This document shows positions 36,874 to 46,796 of a stretch of DNA of 64,000 nt, in pieces. The translations under genes were made by a program, and so were the position numbers. The DNA lies in the IMG/VR virus record IMGVR_UViG_3300008952_000019, positions 1 to 64,000 of that record; one strand, written 5' to 3'. Each line of letters starts with the position of its first letter. Positions within the stretch are counted from its first letter, which is position 1. Under the pieces are notes generated by a model, which was not told the origin of the DNA, made no database searches, and worked only from the letters and a program-made list of their open reading frames with translations. Origin of the DNA: a virus.

Positions 36874-38503
36874 GATTAATTACCATTATATATATTCCGT
36901 TCCACCAACCGGTAAGATCTTCTAAATCATTTAATAATACTTTATTATATATATTTTTTAATCCTGCGGTTTCTATTGCTCTATCTGCACTTTGTACAAC
37001 ACCGTCTATGTTTGCATCATCAAAAATACATATAACACTTTCAGCAAAAGAATTTTTATAATATTGGATTGCATTTTCTAACAATTCTAACGGTGCATCA
37101 TATAAAAATAAATCAACATTTTGTATTTCTGTTACATTTACATCAAACATATCGCTGTCAAAAATAGTTACTTGATTGCTTCCTTTTATTAATTTAATAT
37201 TTTTAATAAATTCTTCTTTTGAATTTTTAGGTAAAGTTAATTCTTTTCGTTGAGGTTGTATTTGTTCTTTCCAATTATCAACACATGTGACTTTTATTTT
37301 ATTATTAAAAAGAGCAGAACTTGCGGTTGCTCCTAAGAATGATCCTATTTCTAAATAATGTTTAGAATGTTTTGCAAGAGCATTAATTAAATCCAAGACT
37401 CGAGGTGATGTAAACCCTTCAACATTTATTATAACATCTTTATCTACAGAGTCAACCAATTCTTTTGTAACTAATCTAACCTTAGGATGTGATTGTTTTC
37501 CGGATTTTATATCATATACTCTATCACAATAATGACAATCCCAACATTCAAATTTACACGTTTTTATTTTTTTACGCCATACATTTATCGGAGCGTCAAC
37601 TAAATTAGTATCTTCTATATATTCATTAAATGTATCAAATAATATTTCTTTATTTTCAACATAATTTTTTACTATGTGCATAGTTTCATTTAATCTTGCA
37701 GCAGATTCTCTACCATGCATTTTAATAACATCTACATATTCTAATAATTCGTCCCAATCTTCTCGCCAAGGAGGAAAATTTGCAGTTTTTAATGGAACAG
37801 AAGGATCCTCATAATCCCATTTATCACAAGATACTCTAGATATAGGATCAGAAAAATATTGCGGACCTGACATTCTTGCATTATTAAATTCATAATGTTC
37901 ATCCATCATAGGGCAATTACCTAAACATCCTTCATTTGCTAATAAAGATAACTTAACACCAACGTATTCTTTAGCACGTTTCATTTCTTTTAACTTATCA
38001 TGATCTCGCATTAAATCACGATCTAAATTAACATAGTTAAATCCTGCTTCACCCAATTTAACAACCTCGCGTGGTTCTGTTACGTTCCGTAATATTGTAT
38101 TTTTAATTTCTAATTTTGGAAAATCTTTTTGAATTAATCCTGTAGCAAGCCAATGTGTATGTGGTATAGTGACACTTTGGACTAATCCTGTATTATATAT
38201 TTCAGTAAAATTATCTATCCATATATCTAAATTTTGTTGGGTAGGTCGTATTAATGTATTATTAAATGTTGCAGATAAAGGTATACCTGTTTCTTTAGAT
38301 ACATGAAGAGCAGAGGATATAATTTGTCTACTATCATCTTTTGATTTAAAAACATCGCCCATTGCATCTTGTATAAAGGGAGGCACACGGCAAGTAAAAT
38401 ATATATCATATATATATTTTTTATATGTTTTTAAAAATAAAATGTATTCATTAAATTGATTCTCCGCTAATTTTGGATTTAACGGAAGGCTGAAAATTTT
38501 CAT
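36866..38503 (-). CDS. U32-family (Fe-S) protein fused to a class I SAM-dependent methyltransferase
   Basis: LLANEGCLGNCP, SC, VDVIKMHGRE and CKFECWDCHYC in the N-terminal part; YLEIGSFLGAT, VDNW, LFLYDA and IFDD in the C-terminal about 190 aa. Confidence 0.75.
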   Translation of the reverse strand: MKIFSLPLNPKLAENQFNEYILFLKTYKKYIYDIYFTCRVPPFIQDAMGDVFKSKDDSRQIISSALHVSKETGIPLSATFNNTLIRPTQQNLDIWIDNFTEIYNTGLVQSVTIPHTHWLATGLIQKDFPKLEIKNTILRNVTEPREVVKLGEAGFNYVNLDRDLMRDHDKLKEMKRAKEYVGVKLSLLANEGCLGNCPMMDEHYEFNNARMSGPQYFSDPISRVSCDKWDYEDPSVPLKTANFPPWREDWDELLEYVDVIKMHGRESAARLNETMHIVKNYVENKEILFDTFNEYIEDTNLVDAPINVWRKKIKTCKFECWDCHYCDRVYDIKSGKQSHPKVRLVTKELVDSVDKDVIINVEGFTSPRVLDLINALAKHSKHYLEIGSFLGATASSALFNNKIKVTCVDNWKEQIQPQRKELTLPKNSKEEFIKNIKLIKGSNQVTIFDSDMFDVNVTEIQNVDLFLYDAPLELLENAIQYYKNSFAESVICIFDDANIDGVVQSADRAIETAGLKNIYNKVLLNDLEDLTGWWNGIYIMVINHG

Positions 38504-39230
38504 CTAATTTTAATAATTGTTTTTCTATTTCTAACTTAGGCATTTGAACATTGCTTAAATCTAAATGCTTTTGTACATCAGATTCTATTTGTTTATTAAT
38601 ATTACCTATAGTAGAATTAAGTAATCCTGCAAACTTAATTGCACCTTGTAAAGTTTCTAATTGATCATTTTCATTCATTAATAAAATAGATTCCATTTGC
38701 CCTGAACCTATTCTACCATACGAAATAATATCCATGGCTGCTTGCTTTGCCATACGAGCCTTCCAATATGTTGTCTCTTCTTCTGAATTATGTTCAATAG
38801 ATTTTTTTAGTATGTCAAGATTATTTGCTAGTTCTTTTACATGGTTTAAGTAATCTTGAATTTCTCGTTTACCTTGTTCTAATTTACATAACATAAATTC
38901 AATATCTTGAGTAACATCTTCATGTTCAATTGTTAACAATTCTTTTTTTAGCTCATCATTTGAATTTTCAATATCTCTTAAAAGAATTTTACTTTGTACT
39001 TTTGCTTTTCTAATTTTAAAATAAGTTCCTCTATAATTATTGTATCTAGTTTCTAATTCCATCATACATTGTTGTAATTTTTTATAAGGTGTTAATCCTG
39101 TATTAACAACAAAATTTCTAGAAGAATACGATGTTTGACCATTATCAAAATTTCTAGCAGATTTAAGAATTTCCTGGTCAAACGAATCTAGACTTAAATC
39201 TTTTTTTATAAAATTATCTATATCTAACAT
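38451..39230 (-). CDS. Conserved phage coiled-coil protein
   Basis: FVV....TPYKKLQQC.MELETR and EE..YW..RM.KQAA.D.I..GRI.SG motifs; heptad-rich. Confidence 0.6.
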   Translation of the reverse strand: MLDIDNFIKKDLSLDSFDQEILKSARNFDNGQTSYSSRNFVVNTGLTPYKKLQQCMMELETRYNNYRGTYFKIRKAKVQSKILLRDIENSNDELKKELLTIEHEDVTQDIEFMLCKLEQGKREIQDYLNHVKELANNLDILKKSIEHNSEEETTYWKARMAKQAAMDIISYGRIGSGQMESILLMNENDQLETLQGAIKFAGLLNSTIGNINKQIESDVQKHLDLSNVQMPKLEIEKQLLKLDENFQPSVKSKISGESI

Positions 39231-39232
39231 GA

Positions 39233-40168
39233 TTAAAAATTGAGTTTGTTTCCAAAATAAGGATTGATAATATCAGGCAAATATTTAGCATCACCTGTGC
39301 CAGGATCTGAATATGTCATTGTTTTTCCATCGGAGCCCGAAAACCATGCCATTCTTGTACCTTTCCAGTATTCACTAAATTCGCCATCAGGTCTAATACC
39401 ATCGTGGGCTCTACCTAATTCTATTGCTTGCTCTGTTGGCATCATAATACCAAAGTAATCTTCATATAAAACATTTAATTCTTTAATAGTAGTGCATGAT
39501 TCAAACTTTTTTAACAATAATTGTGATTCAACTAATGTTGTAGAAAGTTTATCTTGAAATGCTTCTGCTTTTTCTAATATTTTATTTGATAAGGCAGTCT
39601 TATCAAATTCTCGTTCTTTCGCAATATAATCTAAAAATGGTGTTTTATGAGATTCATCATCACCATACGTTAACCATTCTCTTGCTTCATGTTTTTGTAT
39701 TTCCCAAGTTGATGCTTCTAGTTCAGATACATTTCTAATATATTTTAATCGTTTACTATATTCTGCTTCAATAATTTCTTTAGCAAATTTATACATGAAA
39801 CTAATAACATATCCTTTTAATTCATCTGTAAATTCTACTTTAGTTTTTAATGCATCAGGATCAGCATCTGTGTATGCAACAAGTTTATCACCTGTTGTCG
39901 AATCTTTCCATACTTTTATTTCATCTCGTATATCTCCAAAAAACGGAGGACCATATAATGCTTCTTCATAACTTATTTCTTCATATGATCGAGGTAAAAA
40001 CGGTTTTATTGTTTGAAGAAGTGTGTCTCCTATTTCAACACATTCTACTCCCATTAATTTATATAAAGAATCGCATAATAAATTATCATCATGAACTATA
40101 GAATTTGTTAAATATTCTTTTATAGATAATTCATCTATAATAATATATCGTAGTTTGATATCACTCAT
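39233..40168 (-). CDS. Conserved phage protein, fibre-assembly/chaperone-like
   Basis: ELE.STW..Q..EA..W......TPFLD.IA..R......L..KILEKA..F motif. Confidence 0.55.
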   Translation of the reverse strand: MSDIKLRYIIIDELSIKEYLTNSIVHDDNLLCDSLYKLMGVECVEIGDTLLQTIKPFLPRSYEEISYEEALYGPPFFGDIRDEIKVWKDSTTGDKLVAYTDADPDALKTKVEFTDELKGYVISFMYKFAKEIIEAEYSKRLKYIRNVSELEASTWEIQKHEAREWLTYGDDESHKTPFLDYIAKEREFDKTALSNKILEKAEAFQDKLSTTLVESQLLLKKFESCTTIKELNVLYEDYFGIMMPTEQAIELGRAHDGIRPDGEFSEYWKGTRMAWFSGSDGKTMTYSDPGTGDAKYLPDIINPYFGNKLNF

Positions 40169-40169
40169 A

Positions 40170-41324
40170 TTAAGTACCTGCGTCTACACCTGCTTCAGAA
40201 TAAACAATAGATGCTGCAGCAGTTGAACATGTTCCAGATGATTGTCCAAAATGACTTTTAGGTTGAGATTTGGCACCTAATGTTACTTCAGTATCTGTTG
40301 AATATGTTAATTTAAGAGTATGATTGTTTTGGTTACCATCATAATGCCCCATTACGTATCCTTGGTCTTGCCCCATTTGACAATTTTCTTCGCCGTACGA
40401 TCTAACTTTAGCAAAAGTTAAAATACTTGCACCATTAACATCAGATATTTTATGCCAATTAGCAGTTACATTTGCTCCGTCTCCATGATAATGATGGTCG
40501 TGTTTTGAACTTAACGACTTTGTTGTAGCTCCTGTAAATGCATAATCCATTCCACCACTTGTCCATGTGTCTGTTGCGTATGTAAAATACCGTCTATTAT
40601 CTGTTGCAACATTATTCCAAGATATAAGTTGGCCATAACATGATCCTGTGCCGACACCTGATACTCCTAAGTTTGAAGATATTGTAAACATTGATTCAGT
40701 AGCAAAATGCATTTTATTTGTTTCATTACTATTGTGAGCAAAATAACCATCTTGCCCAATAATATTAGCAAATCCTACGCCATCGCCGATGCTAAAACTA
40801 AAATTCCATCCTCCATGCCCGCCAAAATCCGAAGCAGAACCATATTCGATACCCTCACCACCTGGGTCATTTCCTACATATCCATATGGTGCAGTATTTG
40901 AAGAATGTGTTCCACTACCACTATTTCTACCTTGACCTGTTGCTAAACTATATGTACTTAAATTTGTTCCAGAACCGCTGTGACCGTTTGCTGAAAGATA
41001 GGCATTCCAATGACTCATTGATCCTACATTATATGATGCTTCATTATCTAATTGTTCACCACAATAAATTGTTACATCTGTCGAATGCCATGTTTTATTA
41101 AGACTTCGCCAAGCAATACTACCTTTGTAACCACCTGCTAGAAAGCCATGAGTATATATTGTTCTATATCTCCATCCCGATAAAGTTGTTAATGATTCGG
41201 GATTACCTGGATATGCCCAATAAGTAGATGTACCTGTACTTCGTAATTCAGATCCTACTGAAGAAATATTAGGTGGAGGAACTCCGTCCTCATATTGTGC
41301 TCTTGTTCTTGAGTAAATTCCCAT
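40170..41324 (-). CDS. Kelch-like beta-propeller virion protein
   Basis: GFLAGGYK, GYF, GYVMGHY blade starts; K..FATE / FTYATDTW / KLTYSTD blade ends; short fibre-type N-terminus. Confidence 0.6.
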   Translation of the reverse strand: MGIYSRTRAQYEDGVPPPNISSVGSELRSTGTSTYWAYPGNPESLTTLSGWRYRTIYTHGFLAGGYKGSIAWRSLNKTWHSTDVTIYCGEQLDNEASYNVGSMSHWNAYLSANGHSGSGTNLSTYSLATGQGRNSGSGTHSSNTAPYGYVGNDPGGEGIEYGSASDFGGHGGWNFSFSIGDGVGFANIIGQDGYFAHNSNETNKMHFATESMFTISSNLGVSGVGTGSCYGQLISWNNVATDNRRYFTYATDTWTSGGMDYAFTGATTKSLSSKHDHHYHGDGANVTANWHKISDVNGASILTFAKVRSYGEENCQMGQDQGYVMGHYDGNQNNHTLKLTYSTDTEVTLGAKSQPKSHFGQSSGTCSTAAASIVYSEAGVDAGT

Positions 41325-41707
41325 TATACTTCTTCTAACATAAATTTGTATTTTTTACCAGTTTTTTTATTAATTAAAAATAAATCATTAGCACCTTCTT
41401 GGAATACCCAAGAACCTTTAGTGCCATCTATTTCATTGCCTGCTTTGTTAGGTCGATCATTACTCATAATTAAATCAGCTACACTTATATCATTACAATA
41501 TATATCTGTTGCATGTATATTACCATTTACTGTTAGTTCATATCCTGCTTGTTGTGTGGCTGTGTTAACAGTTAAACTATCTAACATCATAGTCGTATCT
41601 GTTACCCATGTTCCGGTATAAACTTGACCGCCGCCGCCAGTCAGATCTATTTTATTATTATTACTAGGATCTCTAGGTCTTATTTCATCTACGTATAATG
41701 TACTCAT
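41324..41707 (-). CDS. Small fibre-associated protein
   Basis: MSTLYVDEI start plus the DL.MSN......N.IDGT.G.W..QEG..DLFLIN.K.GKKYKF.L.EV domain usually seen at fibre C-termini. Confidence 0.7.
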   Translation of the reverse strand: MSTLYVDEIRPRDPSNNNKIDLTGGGGQVYTGTWVTDTTMMLDSLTVNTATQQAGYELTVNGNIHATDIYCNDISVADLIMSNDRPNKAGNEIDGTKGSWVFQEGANDLFLINKKTGKKYKFMLEEV

Positions 41708-41712
41708 ATTAA

Positions 41713-41720
41713 TATTTATT
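41713..41720 (-). promoter_or_regulatory. Late promoter variant AATAAATA (would give a nearly leaderless transcript)
   Basis: tatttatt on the + strand, overlapping the upstream stop, 5 nt before the ATG at 41707. Confidence 0.4.
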
Positions 41721-42210
41721 GCCTATATAAAATGTATTTTAAAGATGCTCCTAAGTTTTCACCATCAAAATTAGTATATGATCCTTGATCTCCCCAATGA
41801 AAACTTCCTGAATCTATACCACCATTAAGGACTAATATACAATTTGTAGCATACGTTGATGTTATAACAAAATAACCTGTTGCAGACATATATGCAGTCA
41901 TATTTTGATCATTAGTAATACCACTAGAATATGCTCCAAGACCTTGTCTAGAACCACAAATAACAGTTTGATCGGTTGTACCTGAGTTTTTAAGAAAAAT
42001 CCTGAGCCTAGATGTATTTGAAGTATTTCCATCCTCTGATATTGCAGTATGCCCGTTTACCCATAACAAATAATCATTGTATCCGGTTAAATCTATAGAA
42101 GTTTGTAATAAATCAACATTAGACCCTGAACCTGTTCCACCATCTGATACTATATTATTTTTTAAAATAATATTTCCAAAATTAATTGCTATAGACCTAT
42201 TTTTACTCAT
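41716..42210 (-). CDS. Hypothetical beta-rich structural protein
   Basis: Start MSKNR at 42210 (TAATG overlap, AGGAG upstream). Confidence 0.55.
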   Translation of the reverse strand: MSKNRSIAINFGNIILKNNIVSDGGTGSGSNVDLLQTSIDLTGYNDYLLWVNGHTAISEDGNTSNTSRLRIFLKNSGTTDQTVICGSRQGLGAYSSGITNDQNMTAYMSATGYFVITSTYATNCILVLNGGIDSGSFHWGDQGSYTNFDGENLGASLKYILYRQ

Positions 42211-42542
42211 TAATAACTCCTGATTGAAATCCAATCATCTATTGATAATGTAAAAGATAATTTAATATGAGAACTTTTTGTTCCGGCGGTACTCGCAGCT
42301 ATCCAACTAGTACCTGCATCATCAACCGCGTTTCCGCTCTGAAAATCATAATATATACCTGTTGTATTTGAATACGTTCCTCGACTATCAATAATTTCGG
42401 GTATCATTAAGACACCATTATAAAACATATCGATATTTCCTGCTAAATGATTTATAGGAAAATATTGTTTTGTTATATCTGTTATTCTAAAATGTACAAC
42501 CCTTGGGTCATACGCTGATTGTGCAATGGTTATTACTGGCAT
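42210..42542 (-). CDS. Small structural protein
   Basis: GNIDMFYNGVLM...DF......I.L......DD.I.I, a single copy of the DVFLNG.KL repeat found in 55567..59352. Confidence 0.55.
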   Translation of the reverse strand: MPVITIAQSAYDPRVVHFRITDITKQYFPINHLAGNIDMFYNGVLMIPEIIDSRGTYSNTTGIYYDFQSGNAVDDAGTSWIAASTAGTKSSHIKLSFTLSIDDWISIRSY

Positions 42543-45500
42543 TACGTTATATCACCTGTTATTGTTCCATAATTATTTATAGTAGAATTTGTTCCCGGAT
42601 CTATTGCTTTACCATCAGGCCCTGCTTCTCCGCCGGCCGCTCCTGCTTGTGTTACACCTGTAGATCCTGTTGCTCCAGATTGACTGTCTGTAACGATTGT
42701 AACTGTATTTTCAGTATTATTATAAGTTAATTGAGCTCCATTACCACCTGTACCACCTAATGCTCCGTCTCCTGCAGGTACACTATTGGAATTAGCATTA
42801 GTATTAAGAACACTCACATCTCCTTGTTCTGTTGCAGTAAAAGGAAATGAAGTACCGTCAAATATAGGAGATTGCCCACCATTACCTCCAGGGCTTCCAT
42901 CTATAACTGCAATACCCGGATCCCATATTCGTCTTTTAAGATAATAAGTAACTTTGTTTTGATAATATCCTGAACCAGGCGGATTACCTGTAGTCGTACC
43001 TACAGCATATCCTTCGCCAAAAGTAGTATTTAAAGACCCATCTTGATTGCGATATATTTCATATTGGTATTGATCAGGATTAATAGTACTATATTCTGTT
43101 CCTTCAATTGTTACTGTTTTTCCGGGCCTATTGTCCCATGGAAAAAATTGTGCCATTTGTTGTTGGGCAGTTAATGTGTTACTTGTACTATAATCTTCCC
43201 ATAATAATCCGGATGAAGGTGAGGCCGCGGTTCTTCGTCTTACTTGTCGTCTGACCATATAATATAATCCTCCTCCAAAGAATTCTGTAGAAGCACTCCA
43301 CGCTGCAGATACATCATATTCCCATTCACCTGATATCCAATATGCTCCCCAATCACCGAATTGACCACCTTGCGTAGCAGCAGGATAGGTAGAACTATTC
43401 CAAACCACATTACCTACTCCAAAATATATTTTAAAATAGCCTGTAGTAAAACTTGCAAAATCTACTCGATTTTCAGCGCCAGGAGCTGTTTGATATCTTA
43501 AGTAATTAGATGAATTCCATGCTGACCAAGAACCTGCAGAAACTGCATCGCCCCAACTAGCTTGATGACGATGATAAGACATAGGTCCGTAATGAGCTGT
43601 ATAATGATATCCACTAATATCATGCAACCCTGTACCTAAAGAATACGCATCAGTCGACATATCGGCCTGATAAGAACCCCATGTAGTACTCCAGCCAGGG
43701 CCTGCACCACCGGCGCCCCCGCCACCTCCTCCACCGAATCCTTTTATAATAGTACCATAATTTTCAACAACAGAAGTTGGTGTTGCATAATTTAATTTAA
43801 TAGCCGGACCTCCAATTAATCCTATAGAACCAACATTTGGTGAGCCTTCGGTGTATGTTGGTGCTGACCAAGAACCAGCAGTATATGTACCTAAAGCCCC
43901 GCCGGCCCCGCCGGCCCCTGCAATTACACCTTGATTATGAATTGTAATATAATTATTACCTATATCTGTTATGTCTATTGCAGGATTAGATGTAGATGTA
44001 GAATACACAATTACTCCTGATGGTATTCCAATAAATGCGTGATACGGTGTGAAACCGTTCCAATTATATGTAGTATTCATTAATGTAGGATTAAAAACAT
44101 AATTAGCAGTATTAGAAGTAATAAGTTCAAAATAAATGTATCGATTAGAACTTAGATCATTTTTAATATCGTGAAGGGCTGTATTAAATTTAACATTAGT
44201 AATAGATGCAGAATTGTTTATTCGATTGGAAGCAATTCCAGAAAAAGACGAAGTTAATCCTATGTTATTAACATTTGATATATCTAATAATGTATTAACA
44301 GGTGTTAAAGAATTCCAACCATCTGCTGAATAGACAGACGAAACATTATAAGTAGTTGTTCCTTGGGCAACTTTATCTCTATGTATAAACAATCTATCTG
44401 TCATAGTAAAAGTTCCATCTGATAAAATTATATCTAAATACGATCCTGATGCTAATAATGTTGTTTGTAAAATACCGTATCTATCTAAAGATGATTCTAT
44501 TGTTACATAACCATTAACTGGTGCTTGACTATCCCAATTAAATGTGGTCATTTGGGTAGTTAAATTTGTTATCTGTTGTGTTACCTTATATCTGAATATA
44601 AAAACAGGATCTGTTATAGTATTAACAGTTTCATCTGTAATAATAAAAACTTCAGAATTAGCAGGTAAATTTGTAGAATTTTGTATACCAACATCTGTGA
44701 CGGTAGCACCTTCAGCTCTTCGACAATTAATAATTCCATCTATTTTAGCAGTACCATTCCACCCATTCGTTGAAAAATGTGTTTGTAAATTATAAGAAGG
44801 TGTTTTTAACATTTCTCTAGTTAAATATATTGCTCCATCGACATCTTCATGAGGATCATAACCATAATATGTTTTATTATCCAATTGAATTTCTAAAGAA
44901 TTACCTAACGCAGGTAATGCATCAATCATTACTGCATAATTACCAACTTTTATTGTTAATTGTGCAATTACTTTTTGATTTATTTGCCAACCGGCTAATA
45001 CTAGTTTAGCCTTTAAATTATAATTAAAATCACCGTCAACTATAGTATCTGTAAACAAAAAATAACCTGGATCATCTTGCAATGGCGGACTTCGTCTAGG
45101 AATATAGCTACTAGGTTTTTGGATTTCCATTAAAAGTATTCTGATACCGTTTCTTATAGATATTTGACCATTACTCCCATTTGTACCATTTTTAATAGCA
45201 AACGAATAACTAAATTTTTCATGGTGGCCATTAGGATAAATTGTTGTAGTACTTGGTGTTGTATCTATAGTTTGTATAGATGTTGTTGTCCATTTTTCAC
45301 CATCATTATATTGTCCGTTATATTCTATTTCTTGCCCTTCAATACTACTATCTGCAAATAAATTAGTCCATAAAATATCTGTTTGGGTAGAAATAAAAGC
45401 TGACTGATTAGATGGAGATGCATAATAATTTGCGCCTTCGGCTATTTGTTGCATAACAACAGATGTGGTTTGTGGTGTTGCCCTCCATATTGAAACATAA

Positions 45501-45796
45501 GAATGACTATCATCCGGAGTACCCGAAACTGTTCTATGTGTAAAAAATACTTGTATATAAATGTAACTATCTTTTTTCTGTAATCTAAAATCCATTGGAG
45601 GAGTTGAATATACATTAGTCCATTTAGAATTTTGTACTCCCCTATCTGTATTTGTTTGGTCAGAATAAGATTTTACTTGAAGTATCTGACTAGCATGATG
45701 ATCATCTTGAGAAGTTGCAGGTAATGAAAAAACACCATTAGATATTGTTATAAGTGTATTATCTTTTAAGTTTTTAATTATATCTGCTTTAATCAT
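42542..45796 (-). CDS. Gly-rich fibre/receptor-binding-type protein (1084 aa)
   Basis: YNL......GW repeats, NQGVIAGAGGAGG and GGGGGGG loops (reminiscent of gp38-type adhesins), ending INNYGTITG. Confidence 0.65.
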   Translation of the reverse strand: MIKADIIKNLKDNTLITISNGVFSLPATSQDDHHASQILQVKSYSDQTNTDRGVQNSKWTNVYSTPPMDFRLQKKDSYIYIQVFFTHRTVSGTPDDSHSYVSIWRATPQTTSVVMQQIAEGANYYASPSNQSAFISTQTDILWTNLFADSSIEGQEIEYNGQYNDGEKWTTTSIQTIDTTPSTTTIYPNGHHEKFSYSFAIKNGTNGSNGQISIRNGIRILLMEIQKPSSYIPRRSPPLQDDPGYFLFTDTIVDGDFNYNLKAKLVLAGWQINQKVIAQLTIKVGNYAVMIDALPALGNSLEIQLDNKTYYGYDPHEDVDGAIYLTREMLKTPSYNLQTHFSTNGWNGTAKIDGIINCRRAEGATVTDVGIQNSTNLPANSEVFIITDETVNTITDPVFIFRYKVTQQITNLTTQMTTFNWDSQAPVNGYVTIESSLDRYGILQTTLLASGSYLDIILSDGTFTMTDRLFIHRDKVAQGTTTYNVSSVYSADGWNSLTPVNTLLDISNVNNIGLTSSFSGIASNRINNSASITNVKFNTALHDIKNDLSSNRYIYFELITSNTANYVFNPTLMNTTYNWNGFTPYHAFIGIPSGVIVYSTSTSNPAIDITDIGNNYITIHNQGVIAGAGGAGGALGTYTAGSWSAPTYTEGSPNVGSIGLIGGPAIKLNYATPTSVVENYGTIIKGFGGGGGGGAGGAGPGWSTTWGSYQADMSTDAYSLGTGLHDISGYHYTAHYGPMSYHRHQASWGDAVSAGSWSAWNSSNYLRYQTAPGAENRVDFASFTTGYFKIYFGVGNVVWNSSTYPAATQGGQFGDWGAYWISGEWEYDVSAAWSASTEFFGGGLYYMVRRQVRRRTAASPSSGLLWEDYSTSNTLTAQQQMAQFFPWDNRPGKTVTIEGTEYSTINPDQYQYEIYRNQDGSLNTTFGEGYAVGTTTGNPPGSGYYQNKVTYYLKRRIWDPGIAVIDGSPGGNGGQSPIFDGTSFPFTATEQGDVSVLNTNANSNSVPAGDGALGGTGGNGAQLTYNNTENTVTIVTDSQSGATGSTGVTQAGAAGGEAGPDGKAIDPGTNSTINNYGTITGDIT

Positions 45797-46788
45797 TGCT
45801 GAATTTCCTGAAAAACAAAAGTAACTCCTTGGGATGATTTTACCTCTGCAAATGCTTCAATGGTTTCTATAGAAGAATATGTTCTACGTCTAACCCTAAA
45901 ATTATACCAGTCAACAGAATCAATGGCTGTAACAACAGGAGCACCAACACTTTCAATTTGATAATCATATCCATTAAAAAGCAAAGGTACTATTTGTAAA
46001 ACAGACCACAACGAATTACCAGTATCGTATGTTGATGTGATACCATCAGGGTTTGTCCATATTGTTGTACCACTTGCCCCTGTTCCACCTTCTTGTATAA
46101 TTCCTTGATTTGCAATAGGATTTTGTGCTGATAACATAGTTTCACTTACTCTAAAATTGCCCCATGTATAATCGGACCATGCACTTGTAGTAGGTGTACC
46201 TGCTTGAGGGTCAGATCTTTGTATATCTGTAACAGTATAATCTAAATTATTAGCTACATATAAACCATACATCGGATAACTTGTAGGTGATGTATCTACA
46301 TATTGCATAGTAATAGGTTGAGTTCTGTATGCATTTGCATTAGTATCGGCGGCATCGTATGTAATTTTTGTTAGTACATTTTTAGGATTAAACTCCTCCA
46401 TTTTAGAAGATGCTCCTGTTACTCTATTAAGATATACAGTACCAAATGATCTGCCTGTAGATGAAGATGCTTTAATTGTTAAAACAAAACTTATTGTTAG
46501 ATGTAAATAATTTGTTGGTAATACATTAATTTCTCTAAAAGGTGTAAATGTAACTGGTACCGGTAAGCCTACATCTGATGTTGATTTAGCATCTATTAAT
46601 ACGCCTTCGTCATTTTTTGTAAAAATTTGATAATGATGAAACTGGACTACATGGCCTTTATGATGCGAATCAGTAACTGGCATAGGGTTAGGAAATTCAA
46701 ATACCCCTGTTTCTGAATTAGTTGAACCTAATGTAGGATTATTTGATTGTAGTTCACTTTCTATTTTGTTTACTTTTAAAGTTGACAT
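45793..46788 (-). CDS. Fibre tip-like protein
   Basis: MSTLKVNKIE start; GHVVQ...D.SP....Y...FQEI domain interrupted by a W...RRR module. Confidence 0.6.
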   Translation of the reverse strand: MSTLKVNKIESELQSNNPTLGSTNSETGVFEFPNPMPVTDSHHKGHVVQFHHYQIFTKNDEGVLIDAKSTSDVGLPVPVTFTPFREINVLPTNYLHLTISFVLTIKASSSTGRSFGTVYLNRVTGASSKMEEFNPKNVLTKITYDAADTNANAYRTQPITMQYVDTSPTSYPMYGLYVANNLDYTVTDIQRSDPQAGTPTTSAWSDYTWGNFRVSETMLSAQNPIANQGIIQEGGTGASGTTIWTNPDGITSTYDTGNSLWSVLQIVPLLFNGYDYQIESVGAPVVTAIDSVDWYNFRVRRRTYSSIETIEAFAEVKSSQGVTFVFQEIQQ

Positions 46789-46796
46789 AATATTAT

